Shown piece after piece: positions 37,487-48,769 of a stretch of 64,000 nt of DNA. Within the stretch, counting starts at the first letter, position 1; every line of letters begins with the position of its first letter. Made by a program: the position numbers and the translations under genes. The stretch spans positions 3,162,001-3,226,000 of the forward strand of contig NC_086108.1 in NCBI RefSeq assembly GCF_963921235.1, read 5' to 3'. The DNA comes from Mobula hypostoma. Lineage: Eukaryota. Below the pieces are notes generated by a model. It did no database searches. It was not told where the DNA came from and worked only from the letters and a program-made list of their open reading frames with translations.

Positions 37487-40400
37487 CATACCTACTACAT
37501 CTACAGCTCTTCCTTCATCAGTGTCTAGTCACATTCTCAAAAATTTCAATTAGGCTCGTAAGGCATGACCTGCCTTTCACAAAGCCATGCTGACTATTCC
37601 TAATCATATTATGCTTCTCCAAATGTTCATAAATCCTGCCTCTCAGGATCTTCTCCATCAACTTACCAACCACTGAAGTAAGACTCACAGGTCTATAATT
37701 TCCTGGGCTATCTCTACTCCCTTTCTTGAAAAAGGGAACAACATCTGCAAGCCTCCAGTCCTCTGGAACCTCTCCCGTCCCCATTGATGATGCAAAGATC
37801 ATTGCCAGAGGCTCAGCAATCCCTTCCCTTGCTTCCCACAGTGGCCTGGGGTATATCTCCTCGAGTCCCGGAGACTTATCCAACTTGATGCTTTCCAAAA
37901 GCTCCAGGACATCCTCTTCCTTAATATCTACATGCTCAAGCTTTTCAGTCCACTGTAAGTCATCCCTACAATCGCCAAGATCCTTTTCTGTAGTGAATAC
38001 TGAAGCAAAGTACTCATTAAGTATCTCTGCTATCTCCTCCAGTTCCATACACACTTTTCCACTGTCACACTTGATTGGTCCTATTCTCTCACACCTTATC
38101 CTCTTACTCTTCACATACTTGTAGAATGCCTTGGGGTTTTCCTTAATCCTGCTTGCCAAGGCCTTCTCATGGCCCCTTCTGGCTCTTCTAATTTCATTCT
38201 TAAGTTCCTCCCTGCTAGCCTTAAAATTTTCTAGATCCCTATCATTGCCTAGTTTTTTGAACCTTTTGTAAGCTTTTCTTTTCTTCTTGACTAGACTTTC
38301 AACAGTCTTTGTACACTACAATTCCTGTACCCTACCATCCTTTCCCTGTCTCATTAGAGTGTACCTGTGCAGAACACCATGCAAATATCCCCTGAACATT
38401 TGTCACATTTCTTCTGTACATTTCCCTGAGAACATCTGATCCCAATTTACATTTCCAAGTTCCTGCTTGATAGCTTCATATTTCCCCTTACTCCAATTAA
38501 ATGTTTTCCTAACTTATCTGTTCCTATCCCTCTCCAAATTTCTGGTAAAGGAAATAGAATTGGTATCACTATCTCCAAAATGCTCTCCCACTGAGAGACC
38601 TGACACCTGACCAGGTTCATTTCCCAATACCAGATCATGTACAGCCTCTCCTCTTGTAGGCTTAGCTACATATTGTGTCAAGAAACCTTCCTGAACACAC
38701 CAAACAAACTCCACCCCATCTAAACCCCTCACTCTAGGGAGATGCCAATTGATATTTGGGAAATTGAAATCTCCCACCACAACAACCCTGTTATTATTAC
38801 ACCTTTCCAGAATCTGTCTCCCTATCTTCTCCTCGATGTCCCTACTACTATTGAGTGGTCTATAAAAAACACCCAGTAGAGTTATTGACCCTTTCCTGTT
38901 CCTAACTTCCACCCACAGAGATTCTGTAGACAATCCTCCATGACTTCCTCCTTTTCTGCAGCCGTGACACTATCTCTGATCAACAGTGCCACACCCCCAC
39001 CTCTTTTGCCTCCCTCCCTGTCCTTCCTGAAACATCTAAAGCCTGGCACTCTAAGTAGCCATTCCTGCCCCTGAGCCATCCAGGTCTATGTAATGGCCAC
39101 AACATCATAGCTCCAAGTGCTGACCCACGCTTTTAAGTTAATCCGCTTTGTTCATGATATCTCTTGGATTAAAATAGACACATCTCAAACCATTGGTCTG
39201 AGCGTATCTCTTCTTTATTACATGTCTGTCCTCCCTCTCACACTGCCTACAAGCTTTCTCTATTTGTGAGCCAACCTCCCTTTCCTCCGTCTCTTCAGTT
39301 CGGTTCCTACCCCCCCCCCCCCCAGCAATTCTAGTTTAAACTCTCTCCAATAGCCTTAGCAAACCTCCCCGCCAGGATATTGGTTCCCCTGGGATTCAAG
39401 TGCAACCCATCCTTATTGAACAGGTCATGCCTGTCCCAAAAGAGGTCCCAATGATCCAGAAATTTGAACCCTTGCCCCTGCTCCAATCTCTCAGCCACGC
39501 ATTTATCCTCCACCTCACTCTGTTCCCATACTCACTGTCACGTGGCACAGGCAGTAATCCCAAGATTACTACCCTTGTGGTTCTGCTTCTCAACTTCTTT
39601 CCTAACTCCCTGTAGTCTGTTTTCAGGACTGCCTCCCTTTTCCTGCCTATGTCGTTGGTACCAATATGTACCACGACCTCTGGCTGTTCACCTTCCCACT
39701 TCAGGATATCGTGGATGTGATCAGAAACATCCCGGACCCTGGCACCTTGGAGGCAAACTACCATCTGAGTTTCTTTCCTGTGTCCACAGAATCGCCTGTC
39801 TGACCCCCTAACTATAGAGTCCCCTATCATTGCTGCCATCCTCTTTCTTTCCCTACCCTTCTGAGCCACAAGGCCAGACTCTGTGCCAGAGGCACGGCCA
39901 CTGTTGCTTCCCCCAGGTAGGCCATCCCCCCCAACAGTACTCAAACAGGAGCACTTATTGTGAAGGGGTATGGGTACAGCCACAGGGGTACTCTCTAGTG
40001 TCTGACTTTTGCCCTTCCCTCTCCTGTCTGTTACGCAGTTATCTGTCTCCCCAGGCCCCGGTGTGACTACCTGCCTATAGCTCCTCTCTATCACCTCCTC
40101 ACTCTCCCTGACCAGACGAAGGTCATCGAGCTGCATCTCCATTTCACTAACATGGTCCCTGAGGAGCTGCAGCTCGATGCACTTGACACAGATGTGGCCA
40201 TCCAGGAGGCTGGGAGTCTCCCAGACATCCCACATCCGACACCCAGTACAGAACACCGGCCTCACAGACATACTTCCTGTTCCTATCCTTCACAAGTATC
40301 TTACCTCGCCTCGGTCCATTATCGCCAAAGCCCTCCTACTCTATAAAGCTGCCTTCTTTTTAAATTCTTCCTGCCAGTCTAACCCGCTGACGTCCACACG

Positions 40401-40850
40401 CCTGTGCAGTCGCACCTCGATCAAACTCAGTATTAAATGCTCCCATTGCCATGCATCTCAAACAGCCTCTGACAACCAAGTCCAGCTCCTGGCCTTCACG
40501 TGTGGCTTAGCTACTAAGCCCGGCGGAACCATTTCTACTGACAGAAGAAGGAGCAAAGGCGGGTTACTGGCGCCTTAAAGCCGGTCGCTTTGGGCAGATG
40601 GGGCTCACCAGCTGTGGTTGGCAGCTCATCTAGGAGAAGGAAAACTCTGATCTCAAACCTCTGCTGCCTTATGGCTAAACCCAAAAGGAACAGAGCCTCA
40701 GAGAGCGGGCAGCGTAGTTTGCGGGCGGCGGAGTGAGCCGGGAGCAGAGTGAAGACTTAAGGGCTTCGGCTCACCGGGCTTAGGCAGAAACGGGCGAGGC
40801 GAGGAAGGTTTGACATTCATTTTCTGTTGCTCTTTGAGGAGAGGGGCATT

Positions 40851-41786
40851 ATGACTGTGAGGGCAGTTTGCTGTTCTCGGTGTCGGATGTGGGAGGCCCT
40901 GGAGTCTCCAAGCCTCCCGGACGTCTACATCTGCGCCAAGTGCATCGAGATGCAGCTCCTAAGGGACCGCGTTACGGAACTGGAGCTGCAGCTCGATGAC
41001 CTTCGTCTGGTCAGGGAGAGCGAGGAGGTGATAGAGAGGAGTGGAAGGCAGGTGGTCACGCCGGGGCCACGGGAGGCAGACAAGTGGGTCACGGTTAGGA
41101 GGGGGAAGGGGAAAAGGCAGGTGATGGGGAGTACCCCGGCGGCTGTGCCCCTTAACAACAGGTACTCCTGTTTGAGTACTGTTGGGGGGGACAGCTTACC
41201 CGGGGGAAGCGACAGTGGCCCTGCCTCCGGCACAGAGTCTGGCCCTGTAGCTCAGAAGGGTAGGGCAAGGAAGAGGAGGGCAGTTGTGATAGGGGACTCG
41301 ATAGTAAGGGGGTCAGATAGGCGATTCTGTGGACGCAGTCCAGAGACTCGGATGGTAGTTTGCCTCCCTGGTGCCAGGGTCCGGGATATTTCTGATCGTG
41401 TCCAAGATATCCTGAAGTGGGAGGGTGAAGAGCCAGAGGTCCTGGTACATATAGGTACCAATGACATAGGTAGGAAAAGGGATGAGGTCCTGAAAGAAGA
41501 ATATAGGGAGCTAGGAAGGGAGTTGAGAAAAAGGACCGCAAAGGTAGTAATCTCGGGATTACTGCCTGTGCCACGCGACAGTGAGAGTAGGAATGCGATG
41601 AGGTGGAGGATAAATGCGTGGCTGAGGGATTGGAGCAGGGGGCAGGGATTCAAGTTTTTGGATCATTGGGACCTCTTTTGGCGCAGGTGTGACCTGTACA
41701 AAAAGGACGGGTTACACTTAAATCCTAGGGGGACCAATATCCTGGCAGGGAGATTAGCGGGGGCTACTGAGGTGACTTTAAACTAG
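40851..41786 (+). CDS. CR1 ORF1p: Zn-finger/leucine-zipper plus SGNH esterase domain
   Basis: CSRC...CAKC followed by heptad LRDRVTELELQLDDL; SGNH blocks IGDSIV, HIGTND, KDGLH; ATG at 40851, TAG at 41784-41786. Confidence 0.93.
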   Translation: MTVRAVCCSRCRMWEALESPSLPDVYICAKCIEMQLLRDRVTELELQLDDLRLVRESEEVIERSGRQVVTPGPREADKWVTVRRGKGKRQVMGSTPAAVPLNNRYSCLSTVGGDSLPGGSDSGPASGTESGPVAQKGRARKRRAVVIGDSIVRGSDRRFCGRSPETRMVVCLPGARVRDISDRVQDILKWEGEEPEVLVHIGTNDIGRKRDEVLKEEYRELGRELRKRTAKVVISGLLPVPRDSESRNAMRWRINAWLRDWSRGQGFKFLDHWDLFWRRCDLYKKDGLHLNPRGTNILAGRLAGATEVTLN

Positions 41787-44700
41787 AATGGTTGGGGGGT
41801 GGGAATCAAATTAAAGCGGCTAGGTGTGAGGAGGTTAGTTCACAACAGAGGGATGGGAACCAGTGCAGAGAGACAGAGCGGTGTAAAGTGAGCGTAGAAG
41901 CAAAAAGTACAAAGGGGAAAAGTAAAAGTGGCAGGCCGACAAATCCAGGGCAAGCATTAAAAAGGGCTAAGAGAGTTGTAAAAGAGCGCCTGAAGGCTTT
42001 ATGTGTCAATGCAAGGAGCATTCGTAATAAGATGGATGAATTGAAAGTGCAGATTGTTATTAATGATTATGATATAGTTGGGATCACAGAGACATGGCTC
42101 CAGGGTGACCAGGGATGGGAGCTCAACGTTCAGGGATATTCAATATTCAGGAGGGATAGACATGAAGGAAGGGGAGGTGGGGTGGCGTTGCTGGTTAAAA
42201 AAGAGATTAACGCAATAGAAAGGAAGGACATAAGCCGGGAAGATGTGGAATCGATATGGGTAGAGCTGCATAACACTAAGGGGCAGAAGACGCTGGTGGG
42301 AGTTGTGTACAGGCCACCTAACAGTAGTAGTGAGGTCGGAGATGGTATTAAACAGGAAATTAGAAATGTGTGCAATAAAGGAACAGCAGTTATAATGGGT
42401 GACTTCAATCTACATGTAGACTGGGTGAACCAAATTGGTAAAGGTGCTGAGGAAGAGGATTTCTTGGAATGTATGCGGGATGGTTTTTTGAACCAACATG
42501 TCGAGGAACCGACTAGAGAGCAGGCTATTCTGGACTGGGTTTTGAGCAATGAGGAAGGGTTAATTAGCAATCTTGTTGTGAGAGGCCCCTTGGGTAAGAG
42601 TGACCATAATATGGTGGAATTCTTCATTAACATGGAGAGTGACGTAGTTAATTCAGAAACAAAGGTTCTGAACTTAAAGAGGGGTAACTTTGAAGGTATG
42701 AGACGTGAATTAGCTAAGATAGACTGGCAAATGACACTTCAAGGATTGACGGTGGATATGCAATGGCAGGCATTTAAAGGTTGCATGGATGAACTACAAC
42801 AATTGTTCATCCCAGTTTGGCAAAAGAATAAATCAAGGAAGGTAGTGCACCCATGGCTGACAAGAGAAATTAGGGATAGTATCAATTCCAAAGAAGTAGC
42901 ATACAAATTAGCCAGAGAAAGTGGCTCACCTGAGGACTGGGAGAAATTCAGAGTTCAGCAGAGGAGGACAAAGGGCTTAATTAGGAAGGGGAAAAAAGAT
43001 TATGAGAGAAAACTGGCAGAGAACATAAAAACGGACTGTAAAAGCTTTTATAGATATGTAAAAAGGAAAAGACTGATAAAGACAAATGTAGGTCCCCTGC
43101 AAACAGAAACAGGTGAATTGATTATGGGGAGCAAGGACATGGCAGACCAATTGAATAATTACTTTGGTTCTGTCTTCACTAAGGAGGACATAAATAATCT
43201 TCCAGAAATAGTAAGGGACAGAGGGTCCAGTGAGATGGAGGAACTGAGCGAAATACATGTTAGTAGGGAAGTGGTGTTAGGTAAATTGAAGGGATTGAAG
43301 GCAGATAAATCCCCGGGGCCAGATGGTCTGCATCCCAGAGTGCTTAAGGAAGTGGCCCAAGAAATAGTGGATGCATTAGTGATAATTTTTCAAAACTCGT
43401 TAGATTCTGGACTAGTTCCTGAGGATTGGAGGGTGGCTAATGTAACCCCACTTTTTAAAAAAGGAGGGAGAGAGAAACCGGGGAATTATAGGCCGGTTAG
43501 CCTAACGTCGGTGGTGGGGAAACTGCTGGAGTCAGTTATCAAGGATGTGATAACAGCACATTTGGAAAGCGGTGAAATGATCGGACAAAGTCAGCATGGA
43601 TTTGTGAAAGGAAAATCATGTCTGACGAATCTCATAGAATTTTTTGAGGATGTAACTAGTAGAGTGGATAGGGGAGAACCAGTGGATGTGGTATATTTGG
43701 ATTTTCAAAAGGCTTTTGACAAGGTCCCACACAGGAGATTAGTGTGCAAACTTAAAGCACACGGTATTGGGGGTAAGGTATTGGTGTGGGTGGAGAATTG
43801 GTTAGCAGACAGGAAGCAAAGAGTGGGAATAAACGGGACCTTTTCAGAATGGCAGGCGGTGACTAGTGGGGTACCGCAAGGCTCAGTGCTGGGACCCCAG
43901 TTGTTTACAATATATATTAATGACTTGGATGAGGGAATTAAATGCAGCATCTCCAAGTTTGCGGATGACACGAAGCTGGGTGGCAGTGTTAGCAGTGAGG
44001 AGGATGCTAAGAGGATGCAGGGTGACTTGGATAGGTTGGGTGAGTGGGCAAACTCATGGCAGATGCAATTTAATGTGGATAAATGTGAAGTTATCCACTT
44101 TGGTGGCAAAAATAGGAAAACAGATTATTATCTGAATGGTGGCCGATTAGGAAAAGGGGAGGTGCAACGAGACCTGGGTGTCATTATACACCAGTCATTG
44201 AAAGTGGGCATGCAGGTACAGCAGGCGGTGAAAAAGGCGAACGGTATGCTGGCATTTATAGCGAGAGGATTCGAGTACAGGAGCAGGGAGGTACTACTGC
44301 AGTTGTACAAGGCCTTGGTGAGACCACACCTGGAGTATTGTGTGCAGTTATGGTCCCCTAATCTGAGGAAAGACATCCTTGCCATAGAGGGAGTACAAAG
44401 AAGGTTCACCAGATTGATTCCTGGGATGGCAGGTCTTTCATATGAAGAAAGACTGGATGAACTGGGCTTGTACTCGTTGGAATTTAGAAGATTGAGGGGG
44501 GATCTGATTGAAACGTATAAGATCCTAAAGGGATTGGACAGGCTAGATGCAGGAAGATTGTTCCCGATGTTGGGGAGGTCTAGAACGAGGGGTCACAGTT
44601 TGAGGATAGAGGGGAAGCCTTTTAGGACCGAGGTTAGGAAAAACTTCTTCACACAGAGAGTGGTGAATCTGTGGAATTCTCTGCCACAGCAAACTGTTGA

Positions 44701-44791
44701 GGCCAGTTCATTAGCTATGTTTAAAAGGAAGTTAGATATGGCCCTTGTGGCTACAGGGGTCAGGGGGTATGGAGGGAAGGCTGGGTTCTGA
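41777..44791 (+). CDS. CR1 ORF2p: apurinic-like endonuclease plus reverse transcriptase (about 1000 aa, start mechanism uncertain)
   Basis: APE motifs NARSI, GITETW, VYRPP, MGDFN, SDH; RT motifs YRPVSLTS, DFQKAFDKV, GVPQGSVLGP, FADD; no stops or frameshifts. Frame is -1 relative to ORF1; first in-frame ATG is at 42032. Confidence 0.93.
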   Translation, partial: FKLEWLGGGNQIKAARCEEVSSQQRDGNQCRETERCKVSVEAKSTKGKSKSGRPTNPGQALKRAKRVVKERLKALCVNARSIRNKMDELKVQIVINDYDIVGITETWLQGDQGWELNVQGYSIFRRDRHEGRGGGVALLVKKEINAIERKDISREDVESIWVELHNTKGQKTLVGVVYRPPNSSSEVGDGIKQEIRNVCNKGTAVIMGDFNLHVDWVNQIGKGAEEEDFLECMRDGFLNQHVEEPTREQAILDWVLSNEEGLISNLVVRGPLGKSDHNMVEFFINMESDVVNSETKVLNLKRGNFEGMRRELAKIDWQMTLQGLTVDMQWQAFKGCMDELQQLFIPVWQKNKSRKVVHPWLTREIRDSINSKEVAYKLARESGSPEDWEKFRVQQRRTKGLIRKGKKDYERKLAENIKTDCKSFYRYVKRKRLIKTNVGPLQTETGELIMGSKDMADQLNNYFGSVFTKEDINNLPEIVRDRGSSEMEELSEIHVSREVVLGKLKGLKADKSPGPDGLHPRVLKEVAQEIVDALVIIFQNSLDSGLVPEDWRVANVTPLFKKGGREKPGNYRPVSLTSVVGKLLESVIKDVITAHLESGEMIGQSQHGFVKGKSCLTNLIEFFEDVTSRVDRGEPVDVVYLDFQKAFDKVPHRRLVCKLKAHGIGGKVLVWVENWLADRKQRVGINGTFSEWQAVTSGVPQGSVLGPQLFTIYINDLDEGIKCSISKFADDTKLGGSVSSEEDAKRMQGDLDRLGEWANSWQMQFNVDKCEVIHFGGKNRKTDYYLNGGRLGKGEVQRDLGVIIHQSLKVGMQVQQAVKKANGMLAFIARGFEYRSREVLLQLYKALVRPHLEYCVQLWSPNLRKDILAIEGVQRRFTRLIPGMAGLSYEERLDELGLYSLEFRRLRGDLIETYKILKGLDRLDAGRLFPMLGRSRTRGHSLRIEGKPFRTEVRKNFFTQRVVNLWNSLPQQTVEASSLAMFKRKLDMALVATGVRGYGGKAGF

Positions 44792-46896
44792 GTTGAATGA
44801 TCAGCCATGATCATAATAAATGGCGGTGCAGACTCGAAGGGCCGAATGGCCTACTCCTGCACCTATTTTCTATGTTTCTATGTTTCTAAACCCAACTCAT
44901 GGGGAAGGCTTCAGCATTAAACCCCAAGGGAAAAATTTGGACCTGGAGTCCGTAAGGCAGTCCTACATTGAGTTTAATGCTGACTACCAACTCCGGTAAT
45001 GCTGCTGGTGTCAAACTGTATCAGTCACTGCCATTCCTCTGGCTTCGTCAGATGTGTGGAGGTGGAGAGGGGGAGTTTGCTACATGGGCAACAGCTTGCT
45101 CTCCATATCGTACTGCCCTGGCTTGCCTATCTAGACAGCTGGGATGTAACATCCATGGTCGACCCTGGCCAGCGGAGGCCTCAGATTGGTGGACAGTTGG
45201 CAACTCTATCACCCGATGTACTTCTGCCATTGATTAGCTAATACATCCATCTCCTGTCACCAGCCAATGGGAATACCCGTCAACTCTGCCCAACTCAGCT
45301 TGACAATCCTTGCCAATCAGACTAGTAACCCCATCCTGCATATTTTCAGAGAAATAAGAGAGAATTACAATGTTTGAAATATAGGAAGGATGTTGAGGCT
45401 TTTGAGAGGGTGCAGGAGAGGTTTACCAGGATGCTGTCTGGTTTCGAGGGCATGTGCTACCACGAGAGGTTGGACAAACTTGGGTTGTTTTCTCTGGAGC
45501 GTCGGAGACTGAGGGGAGATCTGACAGAGGTTTACAAGATTATAAGAGGCAGAGGGTATCTGTTTCCCAGGGCTAAAATGTCTAATGCATGTATTGAGGG
45601 AGGTGGGGGTAGGTTCAAAGGGGATGTGAGGGGTAAGTTTTTTACTCAGAGAGTGGTGGATGCGTTACCTGGTCTGATGGTAGAGGCAAATACATTAGAG
45701 GTTTTTAAGAGACATTTGGATAGGCGCATGGATGTGAGGAAGATGGAGGGATATAGACATGATGTAGGTAGGAGGGATTAGTGTTTGGGTGTTTTTGATT
45801 TACATTTTAGCTGGGTTAGAACCATAGAACCATAGAAACTACAGCACAAAAACAGGCCCTTTGGCCCTTCTTGGCTGTGCTGAACCATTTTCTGCCTAGT
45901 CCCACTGACCTGCACACCGACCATATCCCTCCATACACCTCCCATCCATGTATCGGTCCAATTTATTCTTAAATGTTAAAAAAGAACCCGCATTTACCAC
46001 CTCGTCTGGCAGCTCATTCCATACTCCCACCACTCTCTGTGTGAAGAAGCCCCTCCTAATGTTCCCTTTAAACTTTTCCCCCCTCACCCTTAACCCATGT
46101 CCTTTGGTTTTTTTTCTCCCCTTGCCTCAGTGGAAAAAGCCTGCTTGCATTCACTCTATCTATACCCATCATAATTTTATATACCTCTATCTTTAGCACA
46201 ATATACCTTTAGCACAACATTGTGGGCTGAATGGCCTGTTCCTGTGCTGTACTCTTCCATGTTCTATGTTACATATTTTATACCTCCAGGCAGATGTGTC
46301 ATGCACATCACGGTAGAGACTGTAAATCCAGTGAAGGATTAGGGGGGTTCGGAGAACTCTCATGCACAGGAAGCTGATAACTATTTCTATCTGCGCTCTG
46401 ACATGTCTTCAGGAAAACCACAGCGTCCAGCTTCTCTGCAGCTGGTTCCTGCGGCCACTGAGGCTCACTGACTTAACGACGGGCCTGAGTGCTCATATAG
46501 ATCTGAGACAGCACTCTGGCCTTCGTTTGTCACATGACTTCCCCTAAAAGTGGTTAGAGAAAGGAAGGCTAGAACCCTGCAAAACTTGTTCGTTTTTAAA
46601 ATCGTTCTTATTATTCTCAGCAATATGATGCAAAATTGTTTGATGTCATTTCCAGTATACATGTATAAAGAAGAACAAGATAATTGTTACTCTGGATCCA
46701 ATGAAGCACAAAAAAACACGATAAGATAAAGAACACAATATTAATTAAAAACATAATAAATATACATACATCTATTATACACATAGAGATTGACTGAATG
46801 CCCATAAAGTGACACAGGGCACAGGAAAGTCTGAAAATTAGGAGACTCTAACAGGAAATGATTAGAATATAAAAGCAAGGATGCAATGTTGAGAAC

Positions 46897-47577
46897 TGAG
46901 TGTGGACATGGTGGAGGATTACAAACACCTGGGGATACGAATTGACAATAAACTGGACTCGTCAAAGAACACTGAGGCTGTCTACAAGAAGGGTCAGAGC
47001 CGTCTCTATTTGCTGAGGAGACTGAGGTCCTTTAACATCTGCCAGACGATGCTGAGGATGTTCTACGAGTCTGTGGTTGCCAGTGCTATCATGTTTGCTG
47101 TTGTGTGCGTTGTGTGCTGGGGCAGCAGGCTGAGGGTAGCAGACACCAACAGAATCAACAAACTCATTCGTAAGGCCAGTGATGTTGTGGGGATGGAACT
47201 GGACTCTCTGACGGTGGTGTCTGAAAAGAGGATGCTGTCCAAGTTGCATGCCATCTTGGACAATGTCTCCCATCCACTACATAATGTACTGGGTGGGCAC
47301 AGGAGTACATTCAGCCAGAGATTCATTCCACCGAGATGCAACACAGAGCATCATAGGAAGTCATTCCTGCCTGTGGCCATCAAACTCTACAACTCCTCCC
47401 TTGGAGGGTCAGACACCCTGAGCCAATAGGCTGGTCCTGGACATTTCATAATTTACTGGCATAATTTACATATTACTATTTAACTATTTATGGTTCTATT
47501 ACTATTTATTATTTATGGTGCAACTGTAATGAAAACCAATTTCCCCCGGGATCAATAAAGTATGACTATGACTATGA
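46897..47577 (+). mobile_element. Rex1/Babar-like LINE 3' fragment
   Basis: YKHLGIRIDNKL..KKGQSRLYLLRRLRSF..FYESVVASAI..SFLPVAIKLYN; AATAAAG(TATGAC)n tail; inserted in a CR1 fragment. Confidence 0.85.
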
Positions 47578-48769
47578 ATTTATAAAGCACTGGTGAGGCC
47601 TCATTTGGAATATTGTGAACAGTTTTGGGCCCCGTATCTTAGAAAGGATGTGCTGACATTGGAGAGGATTTAAAGGAGTTTCACGAAAATGATTCCAGAA
47701 TTGAATGGCTTGTCCTATGAAGAGTGTTTGATGGCTGTGGGCCTGTACTCACTGGAACTCGGGAGAATGAGGGGTGGCCTAATTGAAACCTTTTGAGTGT
47801 TGGAAGGCCTCGATAGAGTGGACGTGGAGAAGATGTTTCCTATGGTGGGAGAATCTAGGACCAGAGGGCACAGCTTCAGAATAGAGGGATGTCCTTTTAG
47901 AACGGAGATGAGGAGGAATTTCATTAGCCAGAGAGTTGTGAATCTGTGGAACTTGTTGCTATAGGTGGCTGTGGGGGCAGAGCCAATGGGTATATTTATA
48001 TTTTGATAGATTCTTGATTGGTCAGGGGATGAAGGGATACGAGAGGAGGAGGAGATTGGGGCTAAGAGGAAAAATAGATCACCCATGATGAAATGGCGGA
48101 GAAGATTTGATGGGCCACATGGTCTTGTAGTGGTGGTGGGGCTGGGTTTGTGGGTGGAGGTGTCGATCAGCCTTACAGCTTGGGGGAAGTCACTGTTTTT
48201 GAGTCTGGTGGTCCTGGCGTGGATGCTATGTAGCCTCCTCTCTGATGGGAGTGGGACAAACAGTCCACGAGCTGAGTGGGAGGAATCCTTCATGATGTTA
48301 CTGGCCTTTTCCAGCACCTTTCTGTGTATATATGTCCTTGATGGCAGGTCGGCTAGCTCTGTAATGCACTGGGCCACTTTGACTACCTGACGTCGAGCCT
48401 TCCTGTCCGCTGCAGTACAGTTTTCATACCGTGCAGTGATAGGGTGCTTGTTAGGGTGCTCTTTGCTGCACATATGTAGAAGGTCGCAAGTATTGATATC
48501 ATGCATCTAGCTTTCTTTCTGTCTCAGATGTGGTCACTTGTGCCGGGCATCGTTTGGGCTCAATGCTTCTCATTCTCCTGCTCTGACTTGCCATCAAAGT
48601 ACCAATAAAGTCATACAGTCTTAGGGACTGCAGCACGCAAACAGGCTTTTTGGTCCATCTAGTCCATGGAGAACTGCGTACTCCCATCGGCCTGCACCTG
48701 GACCATCACCCTCCGTACCCCTCCCATCCACTTACCTATCCAAACTTCTCTAAAGTGTTAAAGTAATGA

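Larger units (their letters stand above)
34121..40430 (-). mobile_element. Near full-length degenerate CR1 LINE (second subfamily), interrupted by an LTR element
   Basis: ORF1 remnant 40271-39331 (CTGC..CVKC, GDSIV, HIGTND, KDGLH); broken ORF2 pieces 39079-37518 and 35330-34235; (CTATGTT/CTATGTC)-type tail at about 34123-34140. Probable TSD TACTAAA (34114-34120) / TATTAAA (40431-40437). Confidence 0.9.
40685..44885 (+). mobile_element. Full-length, apparently intact CR1-clade LINE
   Basis: CpG-rich 5' UTR, uninterrupted ORF1 and ORF2, 3' hairpin GGCCGAATGGCC and (TATGTTTC)n tail. Flanking direct repeat CTAAACCCAA at 40675-40684 and 44886-44895 (TSD, overlapping the tail by CTA). Confidence 0.95.

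Noticed and set aside
41806..44814. Antisense ORFs over CR1 ORF2 and other LINE copies
   Set aside because: Shadow ORFs on the opposite strand of RT coding sequence; no independent evidence.
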